From positions 1 to 24,195 of the IMG/VR virus record IMGVR_UViG_3300012933_000045: a DNA stretch of 24,195 nucleotides. One strand, given 5' to 3'. Every line of letters begins with the position of its first letter. Position 1 is the first letter of the stretch. Shown piece by piece: positions 23,128 to 24,195 of this stretch. Source of the DNA: a virus (Duplodnaviria > Caudoviricetes). The notes beneath the pieces are model-generated. The model was not told the origin of the DNA. It worked only from the letters and a program-made list of their open reading frames with translations, and did not search any database. The translations under genes were made by a program, and so were the position numbers.

Positions 23128-23282
23128 CGATCCATAGCCTCCTTGGTTTCAAATCGAACAGCCTCTCCGCGCTCGATAAAAAACATGGCCAATGAGTCCT
23201 TGACTTCAACTGGCACACCAGCTGGCAAGCGACCATAGCCGACAGCCATTACTGGCTTTTTTGATGTAACTACAATTTTCAT
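22992..23282 (-). CDS. Small post-capsid protein (96 aa) with acidic Ser/Thr-rich tail and basic C-terminus; 0-frame product
   Basis: Start revised to ATG 23282 (GGAG SD): MKIVVTSKK...GRLPAGVPVEVKDSLAMFFIERGEA...KRGRKKKGQ; first gene after the capsid terminator. Confidence 0.75.
   Translation of the reverse strand: MKIVVTSKKPVMAVGYGRLPAGVPVEVKDSLAMFFIERGEAVRFETKEAMDRPLVEDGEEEQSSSLPAGQASTEETSSESETGVSMSKRGRKKKGQ
23082..23144 (-). promoter_or_regulatory. Predicted -1 frameshift cassette: internal SD, C CCU UUA heptamer and downstream hairpin
   Basis: AAGGAGG (23144-23138), 10 nt, CCCTTTA (23127-23121, read CGC CCT TTA in the 0 frame), 8 nt, stem TGGCGAGGA (23112-23104) / TCCTTGCCA (23090-23082). 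Confidence 0.7.
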
Positions 23283-23292
23283 AAAATACTCC

Positions 23293-23317
23293 ATCACAAA
23301 TGTGAATTATTCTAGCA
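23293..23317 (-). promoter_or_regulatory. Extended -10 promoter (TGcTAGAAT) followed by a TCACA-N2-TGTGA palindrome
   Basis: TG-C-TAGAAT at 23317-23309; palindrome at 23294-23305 immediately before the SD of the 23282 gene. Confidence 0.5.
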
Positions 23318-23319
23318 AT

Positions 23320-23340
23320 AAAAAGCCCTCCGAAGAGGGC
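23320..23340 (-). terminator. Rho-independent terminator after the major capsid gene
   Basis: GCCCTC-TTCG-GAGGGC followed by TTTTT on the minus strand; C(UUCG)G tetraloop. Confidence 0.88.
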
Positions 23341-23359
23341 TTTCTCAGGGTTTCACTGT

Positions 23360-24195
23360 TTAGGCAGTGAAGTTACCGTACAAGATACCGGCAGGACGCT
23401 CGGTGCCGAGGCCCAAACGCTCTTCAGCGCGGATGGTAATCAGGTTGTTTGTGAAGTCAGCGTTCACATAACCCATTTCGATCACAGCGCCGCTGCGGTT
23501 GTATAACACAGCAGAAGTACGCAATGCGCCGATCAGGAACTTACCAGCAGCCATGTGGTTCGAGAGAATCACATTCACGCCGAAGGGGTTCATGCCAGCA
23601 GCCATACCAGGCATACCGTAGAGGTACTCACCAGCGCCACCAGTGTAAGTCTCGCGAGTGCGCTCCATTGCGCCCCAGTCAGCAGGGTTCACGATCACGG
23701 TGTCAGGAGCGTTGCCAGTTGCCCACAATGCGTACTTGGCGCGGTTGATCGCGTCAATCAGCAAGTCGTCGCTGGTAGCTGTGTAAGCCGAGAAGTTACC
23801 GCTGTCAGTCAAGCCAGACAGGTTAGGGCTAGTGCCGTTGCCGTTGAGCAACTGAGCGTCGATGCGTTGAGCCAAACCGTCACGCAAGCGTGTCTCGATG
23901 TAAGCAACAACAGCAGGAGCGTCAGCCAACAACTGGTTGGAGATTTTGATCCAATGGGCAACAGTCGTGATTGGCACGTTGTATTGCTCAAAAGTCACAT
24001 CAGACTCATTCTTGGCAGCGCCTTGAGACACTTCAGCAGCAGAGTTTGTGAAACTGGCTTCACGCAAAGCGTTGACCATGTTTGTAGACACAGCGATGCT
24101 AGTCAAAGCAGCGCGGATGCTGGTAGGCAAGAAGTTGCCGGGGATGATGCCAGGCTTTTGGTCTGGGAACACAGTTGTAGAACCAGAGGTCACAG
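23360..24195 (-). CDS. Major capsid protein, HK97 fold; 5'-truncated by the window edge
   Basis: VSQGAAKNESDVTFE...TVAHWIKISNQLLADAP...QLLNGNGTSPNLSG...DFTNNLITIRAEERL match HK97-family capsid motifs; followed by a strong terminator. Confidence 0.95.
   Translation of the reverse strand, partial: VTSGSTTVFPDQKPGIIPGNFLPTSIRAALTSIAVSTNMVNALREASFTNSAAEVSQGAAKNESDVTFEQYNVPITTVAHWIKISNQLLADAPAVVAYIETRLRDGLAQRIDAQLLNGNGTSPNLSGLTDSGNFSAYTATSDDLLIDAINRAKYALWATGNAPDTVIVNPADWGAMERTRETYTGGAGEYLYGMPGMAAGMNPFGVNVILSNHMAAGKFLIGALRTSAVLYNRSGAVIEMGYVNADFTNNLITIRAEERLGLGTERPAGILYGNFTA

Noticed and set aside
23133-23144. AAGGAGG-CT-ATG as an independent start for the glycosyltransferase
   Set aside because: The ATG is in the 0 frame of the small gene, not the GT frame, and is only 2 nt from the SD. 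The SD spacing fits a frameshift stimulator instead.
610-23991. Numerous antisense or alternate-frame ORFs in the track (e.g. 610-1125, 1222-1680, 19161-19709, 22283-22810, 22912-23238)
   Set aside because: They shadow well-supported genes and have no recognisable motifs or good ribosome-binding sites.
1-24195. tRNA, rRNA, IS element, intron or integrase
   Set aside because: The window is almost fully coding; the few short gaps show no cloverleaf, transposase or recombinase signal. Lifestyle cannot be determined from this window.

Overview
A 24.2-kb piece of a tailed dsDNA phage genome (siphovirus-like, with an HK97-fold capsid and a long lambda-type tape measure). A Gram-negative, possibly betaproteobacterial, host is inferred only. 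Positions 1-4561 (+) hold an early/accessory arm: a 5'-truncated SF2 helicase, Cro-like and AlpA-like HTH proteins, a MazG-like pyrophosphatase and a chain of tiny ATGA-coupled ORFs, several missing from the ORF track. Positions 4529-24195 (-) hold the late operon: major capsid (5'-truncated), an inserted four-gene module, head-tail joining genes, tail tube, tail chaperones with the classic G GGA AAC -1 frameshift, tape measure, a compact tail tip, two paralogous fibre/receptor-binding genes, a fibre chaperone, membrane/holin genes and a GH24 endolysin. The main finding is in the post-capsid module. A Maf/CstII-like (sialyltransferase-fold) reading frame has no start codon for its conserved N-terminus and overlaps the small gene following the capsid gene. 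At the overlap is a complete -1 ribosomal frameshift signal: internal SD AAGGAGG, 10 nt, C CCU UUA heptamer, 8 nt, 9-bp hairpin. This predicts a 96-aa product with a Ser/Thr-rich tail and a 248-aa glycosyltransferase fusion. A GT8-like gene follows, so the module is a candidate frameshift-controlled virion glycosylation system. All family assignments come from motif recognition by eye; no searches were run.
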